A DNA stretch of 64,000 nucleotides from Candidatus Woykebacteria bacterium (GTDB lineage: Bacteria; Patescibacteriota; Microgenomatia; Woykebacterales; RBG-16-39-9b): positions 182,208-246,207 of the forward strand of contig JBBDPN010000001.1 in NCBI GenBank assembly GCA_040876265.1, read 5' to 3'. The position numbers were made by a program, and so were the translations under genes. How positions within the stretch are numbered: position 1 is the first letter of the stretch; the number at the start of each line of letters is the position of its first letter. This document shows, piece after piece, positions 49,672-58,162 of this stretch. The notes below the pieces were generated by a model that was not told the origin of the DNA, did no database searches, and saw only the letters and a program-made list of their open reading frames with translations.

Positions 49672-51672
49672 CTATTGTTTTATTCTCGGCTGCGCATCAA
49701 TTGCTTTTAGACCATCGAGGATTTTCCCTCGTATTTTTTCCACATCGGTCTGCTTTAAGGTATGATTTTGGTGAAAATATTCTATTTGAATTAAGACCGA
49801 GCGTTTGCCGCTGATTTGGGTATCTTCGATTAAAGACATGGTGTGGTAGTTTTCCGCGGCACTTTTTTTAATTACCTGAGCTATATCCTCAAATTTTTTA
49901 TCGTCGGGTAAAAACATTGATATACTTTCTTTGACGGTCGGAAACTTAAGGTTTGGTGTAAATGTCTTCCGCTTTGTATGAGATTTAAGAAGTTCCAAAT
50001 CTAATTCAAAAAAATAAGTCTCCCCTTCTATAGCCGATCGCTCCAAAATTTGTCTACCGATATCGCCAAAGATACCCAACGAATCTTTCCCTATCGTGAT
50101 AGAGCTGGATGTTCCACCTAGAAAAGTTGAGCCGCTAGAAGCTTGAACTTTGTAATTTGTAATTCCAAGTTTTTGTAAAACCCCCTCTAAAACGCCCTTG
50201 GCATCCCGAAACTCATAATTTGTAAATATCGCGGCCACCTTGGCTTCTTGCAGTGGCAAACCATCTTTTTGGGTTCCTTTGGTGAACACTTTGCCAAATT
50301 CGAAAAATGCTATCCTTGACTTACTTTTGCGATTATCTAATATTGCTTGAAGTAGACCGATAAAAAGAGTCGGTCTCAGATATTCGTGATCAACTACGAG
50401 CCGGTTTGCCACTCTGAGACAATTCTCAACTTTTATACCTGAATTCTCAAGGAGCCTCGCACTTAAAAGCGAGCTTGAATAAATTTCCTTAAGTCCTAGT
50501 AAAGCAAAATGGTATTTTAGATTAATCTCAAAGTTACCCTCTCCCTGGTAATCTGTTTGCTGGCTGGACAAAGGAATTGTTTTTGGGAACTTGTTGAAAC
50601 CATAAAGTCTACCTACCTCCTCAACGATGTCAATCGGTGCGTTTATATCAGTTCTAAAAGACGGTACTTCTAATGTAAAATTTCTTGAATCTTTACTCTT
50701 GATCGCGAAGTCTAGTCTTTCCAATATAGCTGTAACCTCACCCATCTTTAGGTTCAATCCCAGCACGTCTTTTATTAGGGCTAAGGAAACATTTATAACC
50801 TTATTTTCAACAGGGAACCCCACGCTTGTAATTGGTGAGACAAGCCGACCGCTTGTAGTGTTGTGAAGTAGCTCCAGTACTCTTTCGAATGTGTACCGGT
50901 GGGCATTTGGATCGAGTTTTTTCTCAAATCGGTTGGACGCCTCACTTCGCAGCCCAACTGCCTGAGAGGTTTTTCTTATAGCCAGCGGATCGTAAATCGG
51001 TACCTGAAGCAAAATTGTGGTTGTATTTTGGTCAGTCTCGCTGACCCGCGCGCCCATTAGTCCGGCAAGGTCAATTATTTTCTCCTCGTCCTCAATAATT
51101 ATCGCCCCCTTGGGTAAGGTTCTTTCAACTCCATCCAGAGTGATTATTTGCTCGTCCTTCTTACTCTCCCGTAAGGTGATCTGCCCTTTTATTTTGTTCC
51201 AATCAAATGCGTGCATAGGTTGGCCGGTTTCCAACATGACGTAGTTTGTTACATCTACTACGGCGTTGATCGACCGTATGCCCGATCTTTCTAATCTTTC
51301 AACCAACCATTGAGGCGAGGAGGTAATGTTTCCTAGACTAATTAGTCCCAGGCTATAGTTTGGGCAAAGTTCCTTTTGCAAAACCTTAAATCTTACTTTC
51401 TGGTTAGGAACTGCAGGATTAAAATCTGTATGAGAAAAAGACGCTGGGATGGATAATTTCCGGTTATAAATAGCAGCAATTTCTCTGGATATGCCTATAA
51501 CTCCCAAACAGTCAGGTCTATTTGGTGTGATTTCAAACTCAAAGGTTGAATCACCTTTTGAGGTGTTAATAGCTTCGATTTTTGTACCGGTAAACTGAAG
51601 ATCTTCTGCTAATCTACCGAGCCCTTCTTTTATGTCTACGTACTCCTTAATCCAGGAAATTGGTATTTTCAT
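49672..51672 (-). CDS. pheT: Phenylalanyl-tRNA synthetase beta subunit, lacking the N-terminal tRNA-binding domain
   Basis: B3/B4, B5 and class II-like catalytic domain pattern; 666 aa. Confidence 0.9.
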   Translation of the reverse strand: MKIPISWIKEYVDIKEGLGRLAEDLQFTGTKIEAINTSKGDSTFEFEITPNRPDCLGVIGISREIAAIYNRKLSIPASFSHTDFNPAVPNQKVRFKVLQKELCPNYSLGLISLGNITSSPQWLVERLERSGIRSINAVVDVTNYVMLETGQPMHAFDWNKIKGQITLRESKKDEQIITLDGVERTLPKGAIIIEDEEKIIDLAGLMGARVSETDQNTTTILLQVPIYDPLAIRKTSQAVGLRSEASNRFEKKLDPNAHRYTFERVLELLHNTTSGRLVSPITSVGFPVENKVINVSLALIKDVLGLNLKMGEVTAILERLDFAIKSKDSRNFTLEVPSFRTDINAPIDIVEEVGRLYGFNKFPKTIPLSSQQTDYQGEGNFEINLKYHFALLGLKEIYSSSLLSARLLENSGIKVENCLRVANRLVVDHEYLRPTLFIGLLQAILDNRKSKSRIAFFEFGKVFTKGTQKDGLPLQEAKVAAIFTNYEFRDAKGVLEGVLQKLGITNYKVQASSGSTFLGGTSSSITIGKDSLGIFGDIGRQILERSAIEGETYFFELDLELLKSHTKRKTFTPNLKFPTVKESISMFLPDDKKFEDIAQVIKKSAAENYHTMSLIEDTQISGKRSVLIQIEYFHQNHTLKQTDVEKIRGKILDGLKAIDAQPRIKQ

Positions 51673-51675
51673 ACA

Positions 51676-52644
51676 CTAAAATTGGTCTAGAAAATTGTTG
51701 CTACTGCTATAAAGTATACGCAGATCCTCAATACCGTAACGTAGCATTACTAGACGATCAGGCCCCATACCAAAGGCCCAGCCCCGGTATTTTCTGGGAT
51801 CCACCCCAACATTTTTTAATACGTTTGGGTGCACCATTCCCGCCCCCATAATTTCAATCCAACCTTTTTTTGGGTGTAGGACCTCAACTTCTATGGAAGG
51901 TTCGGTATAGGGGAAGTGATGACCGTAGACTCTTACTTTTGTTTGTTGACCAAAAAAACGCTTCGCGAAAAAGTCTAGAACACCTAGTAAGTCAGTCATG
52001 GATGCGTGTTTGTCGACTAAAAGACCTTCCAGTTGATAGAAAGATGGTAAGTGCGTAGCATCTGGCATGTCACGTCTATAAACCCTGCCTGGAAAAAGGG
52101 CTCGTATCGGAGGTTTGTGTTGCTTTAGAAAACGGATCTGCATATTACTTGTGTGAGTTCGTAAAACCGTGTTTTCATCAATATAATAGGTCTGCTGAGT
52201 ATCTCTGGCTGGATGATTTGGTGGTATGTTCAGCATTTGGAAGTTGTAAAAATCACTTTCTACCTCCGGGCCATCTGTCCAAACAAAACCTAAGTAGTGA
52301 AAGATCTCCTTTATGTCTTCAATTACAAGTGAGATTGGGTGGAGTCTACCGTGGTCTACTTTGTTTCCGAAAATCGTAACGTCGTAAATTTTCTCCTCAC
52401 GAGAGTCTTTATCTCGCCGAATAGCCTCTTCTAATAGCCTTTCTATTCTATCCCGAGCCTTTCTAACCTTTGTTCCGACCCCTCCTCTTTCATCTGCAGT
52501 TAAGCTTGGTATGGTTGCAGTTATTTTAGTTAAAATACCCTTTTTTCTTCCTAGATACTTGATTCGCAATTCCTCTAAGCCATCGCTTTTTTTTGTTTTG
52601 GAGAGGTCTTTCTGGAAGTCATTTAGAAGCTTATCTAAGTTCAT
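51676..52644 (-). CDS. pheS: Phenylalanyl-tRNA synthetase alpha subunit
   Basis: Class II motifs 1-3 (FPYTEPS..., GAGMVHP). Confidence 0.9.
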   Translation of the reverse strand: MNLDKLLNDFQKDLSKTKKSDGLEELRIKYLGRKKGILTKITATIPSLTADERGGVGTKVRKARDRIERLLEEAIRRDKDSREEKIYDVTIFGNKVDHGRLHPISLVIEDIKEIFHYLGFVWTDGPEVESDFYNFQMLNIPPNHPARDTQQTYYIDENTVLRTHTSNMQIRFLKQHKPPIRALFPGRVYRRDMPDATHLPSFYQLEGLLVDKHASMTDLLGVLDFFAKRFFGQQTKVRVYGHHFPYTEPSIEVEVLHPKKGWIEIMGAGMVHPNVLKNVGVDPRKYRGWAFGMGPDRLVMLRYGIEDLRILYSSSNNFLDQF

Positions 52645-52682
52645 ATGACAACAATTCTAACACACAAGTAAATTTTGGTTGT

Positions 52683-52709
52683 AGAAAAAGGGCTCCAAGA
52701 AAATAGCCC
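52683..52709 (-). terminator. Intrinsic terminator or attenuator between rplT and pheS
   Basis: The minus strand reads GGGCT-ATTTTCTTGG-AGCCC followed by TTTTTCT. A second hairpin (AGCTCA...TGAGCT, plus-strand 52728..52751) lies just upstream on the transcript. Confidence 0.55.
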
Positions 52710-52833
52710 TCAAATGGGAAGCTCACGCCTGCCCTACATGAGCTCCCCAGTCGAGGGCCAAATTCTAAAAAAGATTACCAGAAAATAGCTGTCTTGTCAA
52801 GACTATGGGGTTCGATCTTCAGAAGCTATGGAG

Positions 52834-53178
52834 TTATTTTACCTTGGAAACGATCCGTTTAAACGTTGAGGGGTCGGAGATCAGAATATCCGCCAATATT
52901 TTTCTATCTAGCTCTACGTTTTTATTTTTGAGGGATTTGAGAAACAGGTTGTAAGAAATTCCTTCGCTTCGCAAACCGGCGTTTATTTGGGTTATCCAAA
53001 GTCTTCTCTGGTGTCTTTTCCGCATTTTCCTACCGGCAAACGCGTAATTACCGGCGTGGGCCTGAGCTTCTTTAGCGCTTCTAACCAGTCTGCTTTTTGC
53101 TCCTCTATAGCCCTTTGTGCTCTGCAAAATCTTTTTATGTTTTCGTCTCTTTACGAGACCCTTTTTAATCCTTACCAT
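52834..53178 (-). CDS. rplT: 50S ribosomal protein L20
   Basis: MVRIKKGLVKRRKHKKIL.... Confidence 0.9.
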   Translation of the reverse strand: MVRIKKGLVKRRKHKKILQSTKGYRGAKSRLVRSAKEAQAHAGNYAFAGRKMRKRHQRRLWITQINAGLRSEGISYNLFLKSLKNKNVELDRKILADILISDPSTFKRIVSKVK

Positions 53179-53181
53179 TTT

Positions 53182-53376
53182 TTATCTGCTGGCGATCATT
53201 TCCTTTATTTTCTTTTTAAAATCCTCATTGACGTCCTCTGGTTCTTTTTGACGTCTGATCCTGCTCTTAGATTTCACTTTTTTGTGATGTGAAGAATACG
53301 CGTGCCCACGCAACAATTTCCCAGTCTTAGTGACTTTAAATCTTTTGCTAACTGTTTTCTTTGTCTTCTTTTTCAT
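53182..53376 (-). CDS. rpmI: 50S ribosomal protein L35
   Basis: MKKKTKKTVSKRFKVTKTGKLLR. Confidence 0.9.
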   Translation of the reverse strand: MKKKTKKTVSKRFKVTKTGKLLRGHAYSSHHKKVKSKSRIRRQKEPEDVNEDFKKKIKEMIASR

Positions 53377-53848
53377 GAATCTTTCCCTTGGTAGGTTTCA
53401 TACTCAAGCTCAAATTTCGCCCGACCAGCCTGGGCTCGCTATCTTTTTCGCCAGTTTCAACGAGCATATCGACCGCTCTTTCAAGAGTTTTAAATCCATA
53501 TTCTGGGTGAACGATTTCTCGACCACCGAATTTTACGGTTAATTTTACCCGGTCGCCCAGCTTAAGAAACTCCTGAGCGTGACCTACTCTTACTTTGAGA
53601 TCGTGTTCACTCATTAGAGGCCCGAGCCAAATTTCCTTTGTTTCGATTTGCCTAGTCTTCTTCTTCGCGCTTCTTTCCTTCTTTGACTCCTCGTACTTCA
53701 GTTTCTTAAAATCAGTTATTTTTGCTACCGGAGGTTGGGCTTTTGGAGCAATCTCAACTAAATCCAAATTCAACTCTCTTGCCTGACGGATCGCCTCACT
53801 GGTATCTACGATACCTATTTGTTTTCCGCTTGGGTCAAGCAACCGCAA
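53348..53848 (-). CDS. infC: Translation initiation factor IF-3
   Basis: IRLLDPSGKQIGIV...LDLVEIAP. The start may be non-ATG, as is usual for infC. Confidence 0.85.
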   Translation of the reverse strand: MRLLDPSGKQIGIVDTSEAIRQARELNLDLVEIAPKAQPPVAKITDFKKLKYEESKKERSAKKKTRQIETKEIWLGPLMSEHDLKVRVGHAQEFLKLGDRVKLTVKFGGREIVHPEYGFKTLERAVDMLVETGEKDSEPRLVGRNLSLSMKPTKGKIHEKEDKENS

Positions 53849-53889
53849 CTTACTGACTCTAATATTTTGATTTAATCGATAAAACTTTC

Positions 53890-54501
53890 CTATTTTACAG
53901 GCTCCTCCACTAGATGTTCTATCTCTTGTCTGCTTATTGCCCCTTCCCTCAAAATCTCGGACGGGCTTTTGGTTAGATTAATTAAAGTCGATTGTAAGCT
54001 TGAAAGAACCTGGGCACCATCCAGACTTGAAAGATCGATTGCATAGTCTACCAAAGCTAAAAGAGCTTTGTCAATTTGACTGAAAGAAACTGGGGCCCTC
54101 TTCGTGTGAAAATTTGCGCTTGGCGCCAAAATTGGTACCCCAACACGTTTGATGATTTCCCTCAGTAGGTGTTGTTTCGGTATTCTAATACCAATACTGG
54201 CAGCCGGACCCTGGATTATTTTCGGGACATTATCGGTTGCCTTTAAAATAGCAGTTAGTGGCCCGGGCCAAAATTTTGAGACTAGTTTTTCTGCGAAGTT
54301 ATCAAGCTCGCCGTAATTTAAAACTTGGTTCAAATCAGCAGCTAGGATAAGCGTCGGTTTGGAGAGAGGTGTTTTTCTAATCTCATAAAGTCGCTTAATA
54401 GAATCTTCCCGGTCGATTCTGCAACCAACTCCGTAAATAGTATCAGTCGGAAATATAACCAAATCACCTTTTTGCAAATGCATTATTGCTTCGTGAATCA
54501 C
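53890..54501 (-). CDS. tsaC: L-threonylcarbamoyladenylate synthase (TsaC/YrdC/Sua5 family)
   Basis: VIFPTDTIYGVGC...KPLILA pattern. Confidence 0.8.
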   Translation of the reverse strand: MIHEAIMHLQKGDLVIFPTDTIYGVGCRIDREDSIKRLYEIRKTPLSKPTLILAADLNQVLNYGELDNFAEKLVSKFWPGPLTAILKATDNVPKIIQGPAASIGIRIPKQHLLREIIKRVGVPILAPSANFHTKRAPVSFSQIDKALLALVDYAIDLSSLDGAQVLSSLQSTLINLTKSPSEILREGAISRQEIEHLVEEPVK

Positions 54502-56222
54502 CGACGCTCCTCAATCTCCTGTTTTATTTTTCTCGTGAAATTGTCCAAATCTACTGCTCCTTCGTTTTTAATACCCTTAGATCTTACTGTAACTTTTTTT
54601 CTGACAGTCTCTTTGTCGCCTATAATAAGTACATAGGGTACTTTTTTCATTTCTGCGTCCCGAATTTTAGACTGCATTGTTACCGATCGATCGTCGAGGC
54701 CGGACCTTATATTCTCTGCTACCAATGACTCAACCACTTTTTTAGCATAATTAGAATGCCTATCAGCTATTGGCACAATTGTTACTTGTATTGGGGCCAG
54801 CCACAGCGGAAAATTACCGCCAAAGTGCTCGATTAAAATTCCAATAAATCTTTCAAAAGATCCGTATATTGCCCGATGTATTACAACTGGAGGGGTATCT
54901 TTTCCGTCTTGACTAGTAAATTTAAGTTTAAAATTTCTTGGCGTTTGGAAGTCAATTTGGATGGTTCCCATCTGCCATTGCCGGCCCAGAGAATCCTTAA
55001 TAAGAAGGTCTGCTTTGGGTCCATAAAACGCGCCGTCGCCTTCTAAGATACTATACCTTGCGCCGCTAGCATCGAGAGCCTTTTTTAGTTCTCCTTCCGC
55101 TTTTTTCCACAACTGTGTGGAACCCATGGACTTTGCAGGTTTCGTACCGAGTCTAAAAGAGTATTCGAGACGAAAGGTCGAGTAAAATTTTTCAATCAGC
55201 TTCAAAAGCTCGGCTAGCTCCCTCTGTAAGTCTTCTTGCCTGGTGAAAATATGAGCATCGTCTTGGCGAAATTGACGAACTCTAAAAAGTCCGGTCAAAG
55301 TACCCGAGCGCTCGTTTCTATGTAGCGGGTCGGTATCGTATAAACGTAAAGGTAAGTCCCTGTAAGAGCGCGTTTTAGAAGAAAAGATTAGCATTGCGTT
55401 GGGACAATTCATAGCTTTAACACCATAAGTTTCCTTGTCAGCTGTTTTAGCGACGAACATATTTTCCAGATAATATTTCCAGTGTCCGGATGTAACATAC
55501 AGTTCTCTCTTGTTCAAAATAGGAGAGATGATTTCCTCGTAGCCAGCCTCTTTATGGAGTCTGTCGGAAAAATCAATGAGGGCTTTGTAAATTTTAGCTC
55601 CGTTTGGCAGCCAATACGGCATGCCTGGAGCGGTCTCGTGGAAAAAAAAGAGTTCAAGCCGGGTTCCTAGTGCTTTATGATCTCTTTTTTTTATTTCTTC
55701 TCGCCTGTTCATGTACTCCTGCAGCTCTTTTTTGGAGTACCAAGCAGTTCCATAGACCCGTTGTAGCATCTTGTTTTGCTCGCTCCCCTTCCAGTACGCT
55801 CCAGCAACAGTGAGGAGCTTTACTTCACCAACTTGACCAGAGTGTTCAACGTGAGGGCCGCTGCATAGATCGATAAAACCCCCGGTTTTGTAAAATGAAA
55901 CAGTCGGTACGCCAGTCTTGGCTAAATCTTTTATCAACTCGACTTTGTAGGGCTCATGAAATTTTTTCGTCAAAATTACAGCTTCGTTAATTGGCCTATC
56001 GCTCCTTTCAAAGCGGATGTTTTGTTTTTTAAGTCGAGTTACCTCTCTTTCCATCTTCTGAAAATCGTCAGTAGAAAAATTATGAGGTGAATCAAAATCG
56101 TAGTAAAAACCGTCCTCGATGACCGGGCCTATACCTAAAGCAGTTTTTGGGTAGAGATTTTTAACAGCAGCAGCGAGCAAATGCGCGGCGGAATGACGCA
56201 TCGTATCCAGATCGTGCTTCAT
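54498..56222 (-). CDS. thrS: Threonyl-tRNA synthetase, N-terminally short (no TGS/N1 domain)
   Basis: Begins at the HxxxH editing-domain motif (MRHSAAHLLA); class II core and anticodon-binding domain follow. Confidence 0.9.
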   Translation of the reverse strand: MKHDLDTMRHSAAHLLAAAVKNLYPKTALGIGPVIEDGFYYDFDSPHNFSTDDFQKMEREVTRLKKQNIRFERSDRPINEAVILTKKFHEPYKVELIKDLAKTGVPTVSFYKTGGFIDLCSGPHVEHSGQVGEVKLLTVAGAYWKGSEQNKMLQRVYGTAWYSKKELQEYMNRREEIKKRDHKALGTRLELFFFHETAPGMPYWLPNGAKIYKALIDFSDRLHKEAGYEEIISPILNKRELYVTSGHWKYYLENMFVAKTADKETYGVKAMNCPNAMLIFSSKTRSYRDLPLRLYDTDPLHRNERSGTLTGLFRVRQFRQDDAHIFTRQEDLQRELAELLKLIEKFYSTFRLEYSFRLGTKPAKSMGSTQLWKKAEGELKKALDASGARYSILEGDGAFYGPKADLLIKDSLGRQWQMGTIQIDFQTPRNFKLKFTSQDGKDTPPVVIHRAIYGSFERFIGILIEHFGGNFPLWLAPIQVTIVPIADRHSNYAKKVVESLVAENIRSGLDDRSVTMQSKIRDAEMKKVPYVLIIGDKETVRKKVTVRSKGIKNEGAVDLDNFTRKIKQEIEERR

Positions 56223-56476
56223 GGTGTGGTTTGGGTTTGTATTTCGCGTAAGATATTACTGATAAACTCACCTAAAATAGGAACCGTGTTTAATTTGCTG
56301 AGGACAAAGATCCCAAGTCCAACGACCACTGTGGCTCCTAAAACAGTACCAAATCCCCAGGCAAGGCCGCCAAGAAAATTGTTTAGGACCATTTTACCAG
56401 TTGAAATATGGACCCTGGTGTGGCCTTTGCCGGGACCTATATCTATATATTCTTTTTTGTTGCTCTCTTCAGTCAT
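56219..56476 (-). CDS. Hypothetical small membrane protein
   Basis: The ORF-track N-terminus (a TTG at 56533) runs through tRNA-Val, so the start is trimmed to the internal ATG. Two C-terminal TM helices. No clear ribosome-binding site. Confidence 0.35.
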   Translation of the reverse strand: MTEESNKKEYIDIGPGKGHTRVHISTGKMVLNNFLGGLAWGFGTVLGATVVVGLGIFVLSKLNTVPILGEFISNILREIQTQTTP

Positions 56477-56488
56477 ATTAAATTGTAA

Positions 56489-56565
56489 TGGTGGGCTGAA
56501 GAGGACTCGAACCTCTGGCCTCCGCGATGTCAACGCGACGCTCTAACCAGCTGAGCTACCAGCCC
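56489..56565 (-). tRNA. tRNA-Val (anticodon GAC), CCA encoded
   Basis: Hand-folded cloverleaf: acceptor GGGCTGG/TCAGCCC, D-arm GCTC-AGCTGGTTA-GAGC, anticodon loop TTGACAT, T-arm AGAGG-TTCGAGT-CCTCT. Confidence 0.85.
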
Positions 56566-56571
56566 TTAGGA

Positions 56572-57228
56572 TTATCGACTTACGCTTGGGGCAGTTATCA
56601 GTTCTTTAGTTTTCCCAACTGTTTTACCGGTTGAAAACAATTTTGCCTTTTTAGCCTCAATTACAGAGTCAATTATACCGTATTTTTTAGCCTCAATCCC
56701 GCTCATAAAGAAATCGCGCTCCGTATCTTGGCTCACTTTAGAAACCGGTTGTTTTGTTTCTCTAGAGAGAATTTCATTTAGTTTCTTTTTCATTTTTAAT
56801 ATTTCGTCAGCGTGAATTTTGATATCAGTCGCCTGGCCGGAAATTTCGGTTATTGGCTGGTGAATCATAACTTTTGAATTCGGAAGGGAGTAGCGTTTTC
56901 CCCGTGTGCCACCAGCAAGTAAAACAGCTGCTCCAGAAGCTGCCATACCCACGCAGACCGTCGAAATCTCGGGCCGGACGTATTTCATCGTATCGTAAAT
57001 TGCCAGCGTGCTGTGGACATAACCACCAGGCGAATTTATATAAATACTGATATCTTTTTCCCCATTTTCATTTTCAAGATATAAAAGCTCGGCAATAACA
57101 ATATTTGCCGTTTCATCTGTTATTGGTCCGCCAATAAAGATAATTCTTTCCTCAAGAAGTCGGCTGTAGATATCATAAGCCCGCTCCCCCCGCGGGTCTC
57201 TTTTAATCACCATTGGGATAAGTTCCAT
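56572..57228 (-). CDS. clpP: ATP-dependent Clp protease proteolytic subunit
   Basis: Ser-His-Asp triad context (GMAASGAA..., MIHQP), with a C-terminal extension of about 25 aa. Confidence 0.9.
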   Translation of the reverse strand: MELIPMVIKRDPRGERAYDIYSRLLEERIIFIGGPITDETANIVIAELLYLENENGEKDISIYINSPGGYVHSTLAIYDTMKYVRPEISTVCVGMAASGAAVLLAGGTRGKRYSLPNSKVMIHQPITEISGQATDIKIHADEILKMKKKLNEILSRETKQPVSKVSQDTERDFFMSGIEAKKYGIIDSVIEAKKAKLFSTGKTVGKTKELITAPSVSR

Positions 57229-57248
57229 CGTAGGCGAGATTATATCAG

Positions 57249-57274
57249 ATGGTAACTAGGTTTTCTATAATAGC
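57249..57274 (+). repeat. Tandem 13-nt direct repeat (AATAGCGGATGGA, two copies) in the clpP upstream region
   Basis: Two perfect adjacent copies. On the clpP strand they lie immediately upstream of a TATAAT-like -10 element that sits about 14 nt from the clpP ATG. Confidence 0.5.
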
Positions 57275-57793
57275 GGATGGAAATAGCGGATGGAGAACCC
57301 TAGCAGAGGCCGCGTGCTAGGGTATCTGGGTTGTTGCTTAATAGAGGTTAGTGGGGTTTACGGCCGTTTAAGGCACGTTCCCATTTATCTGGATGATCTC
57401 TGATCCACTCGTTTACTAACGCGGCAACGAGTGTGTTGTGCTCACCTTCCTGGAGATAGGAGCTGACGAACCGGAAAAGCATTGCTGGATCGTCAGCTAC
57501 AGAGTCAAGTTGATCCGCTATTGCGACCGAGTCAAGCACCGCATCGCTCTCGATATTTATCGGGGCTGGAGATGCTGCAGTGCTTACTCACGGTCCATAC
57601 CCCAGTGGCCCCTACGAGCTGTGGCGTCGGCCTGACCTTGGATGGTGAGGGCCGGTGGGGTACCCTTGGTTTCATTACCAGAGGAATCGTCTTCATTCCT
57701 GTGGTCGTTTCGAGCCTTACTGGGACTATCGAGCTTGGTTTTTTCTTGGCCCACTGAAATCTCCTTCCTCTTGGCGCTCTCCGATCCCTAATT

Positions 57794-57892
57794 TGGTGTG
57801 AGGGGTGGGGATCGAACCCATAGATTAGTAAAACTCCGAACTCTACGTTGGAAGTACCACTAACCATAGCCGAACCGTACGGCCTCCCTCAC
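57794..57892 (-). ncRNA. tRNA-like structured RNA element with an encoded ACCA 3' end, not a canonical tRNA
   Basis: The minus strand has a perfect 7-bp acceptor-like stem (GTGAGGG/CCCTCAC), discriminator A plus CCA, a T-arm GGG-TTCGATC-CCC, and a D-arm-like GCCG-TACGGTT-CGGC. About 29 extra nt sit where the anticodon arm should be. It is embedded in a G+C-rich region without convincing ORFs. Confidence 0.35.
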
Positions 57893-57983
57893 CTGTTGGA
57901 GGGGGTAGGAATTGTACCTGCCAAAGAGATGGCCAAGTCCCCGAACGAGGCCGGCTCTTTCCAGTTGCTTTGGCCCCTCCATG

Positions 57984-58003
57984 AAAAAACCCCCTTCCGG
58001 GGG
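57984..58003 (-). terminator. Intrinsic terminator (minus strand)
   Basis: CCCCC-GGAA-GGGGG followed by TTTTTT on the minus strand. It lies about 160 nt downstream of the stop of the 58163..59047 gene and upstream of the structured-RNA region. Confidence 0.6.
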
Positions 58004-58162
58004 TTCTAGTTTGCTTGATTACTTAAAGTTCCTTAACGCGTTTCCCCCGCACTAGTTGATGTCTCCTTTACAAGGAGTACGGTAAACATATTTTTAATGA
58101 GGGAACGATAAAGTTTCATTGCTGTTTAATTTTATTAAGATTTTAATTTAGATGTCAAGGGG

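Noticed and set aside
56219-56533. Full-length ORF 56219..56533 starting at a TTG inside tRNA-Val
   Set aside because: Its first 19 codons are the reverse-complement reading of tRNA-Val. The start was trimmed to the internal ATG at 56476.
57645-57652. Plus-strand GGTGAGGG at 57645 pairing with CCCTCACC at 57890 as the ends of a 250-nt plus-strand RNA
   Set aside because: The 8-bp complementarity is real, but no T-arm or other tRNA/tmRNA feature sits next to either end on the plus strand. The minus-strand 99-nt element explains the same bases more economically. It is retained only as a note within the ncRNA finding.
57348-57867. ORF-track entries 57348..57539(-), 57532..57867(-) and 57482..57757(+) inside the GC-rich interval
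   Set aside because: They use overlapping frames on both strands, are Arg/Pro/Gly-rich as expected from GC-rich non-coding DNA, have no ribosome-binding sites or family resemblance, and they overlap the tRNA-like element. They were treated as non-coding structured RNA rather than genes or pseudogenes.
57794-57892. tmRNA (ssrA) as the identity of the tRNA-like element
   Set aside because: The acceptor stem lacks the universal G3-U70 alanine identity pair. No GGGG 5' end, tag reading frame or pseudoknot series was found at the right distance on the minus strand, and the compact 99-nt version pairs its own ends. It was left as an unassigned tRNA-like RNA.
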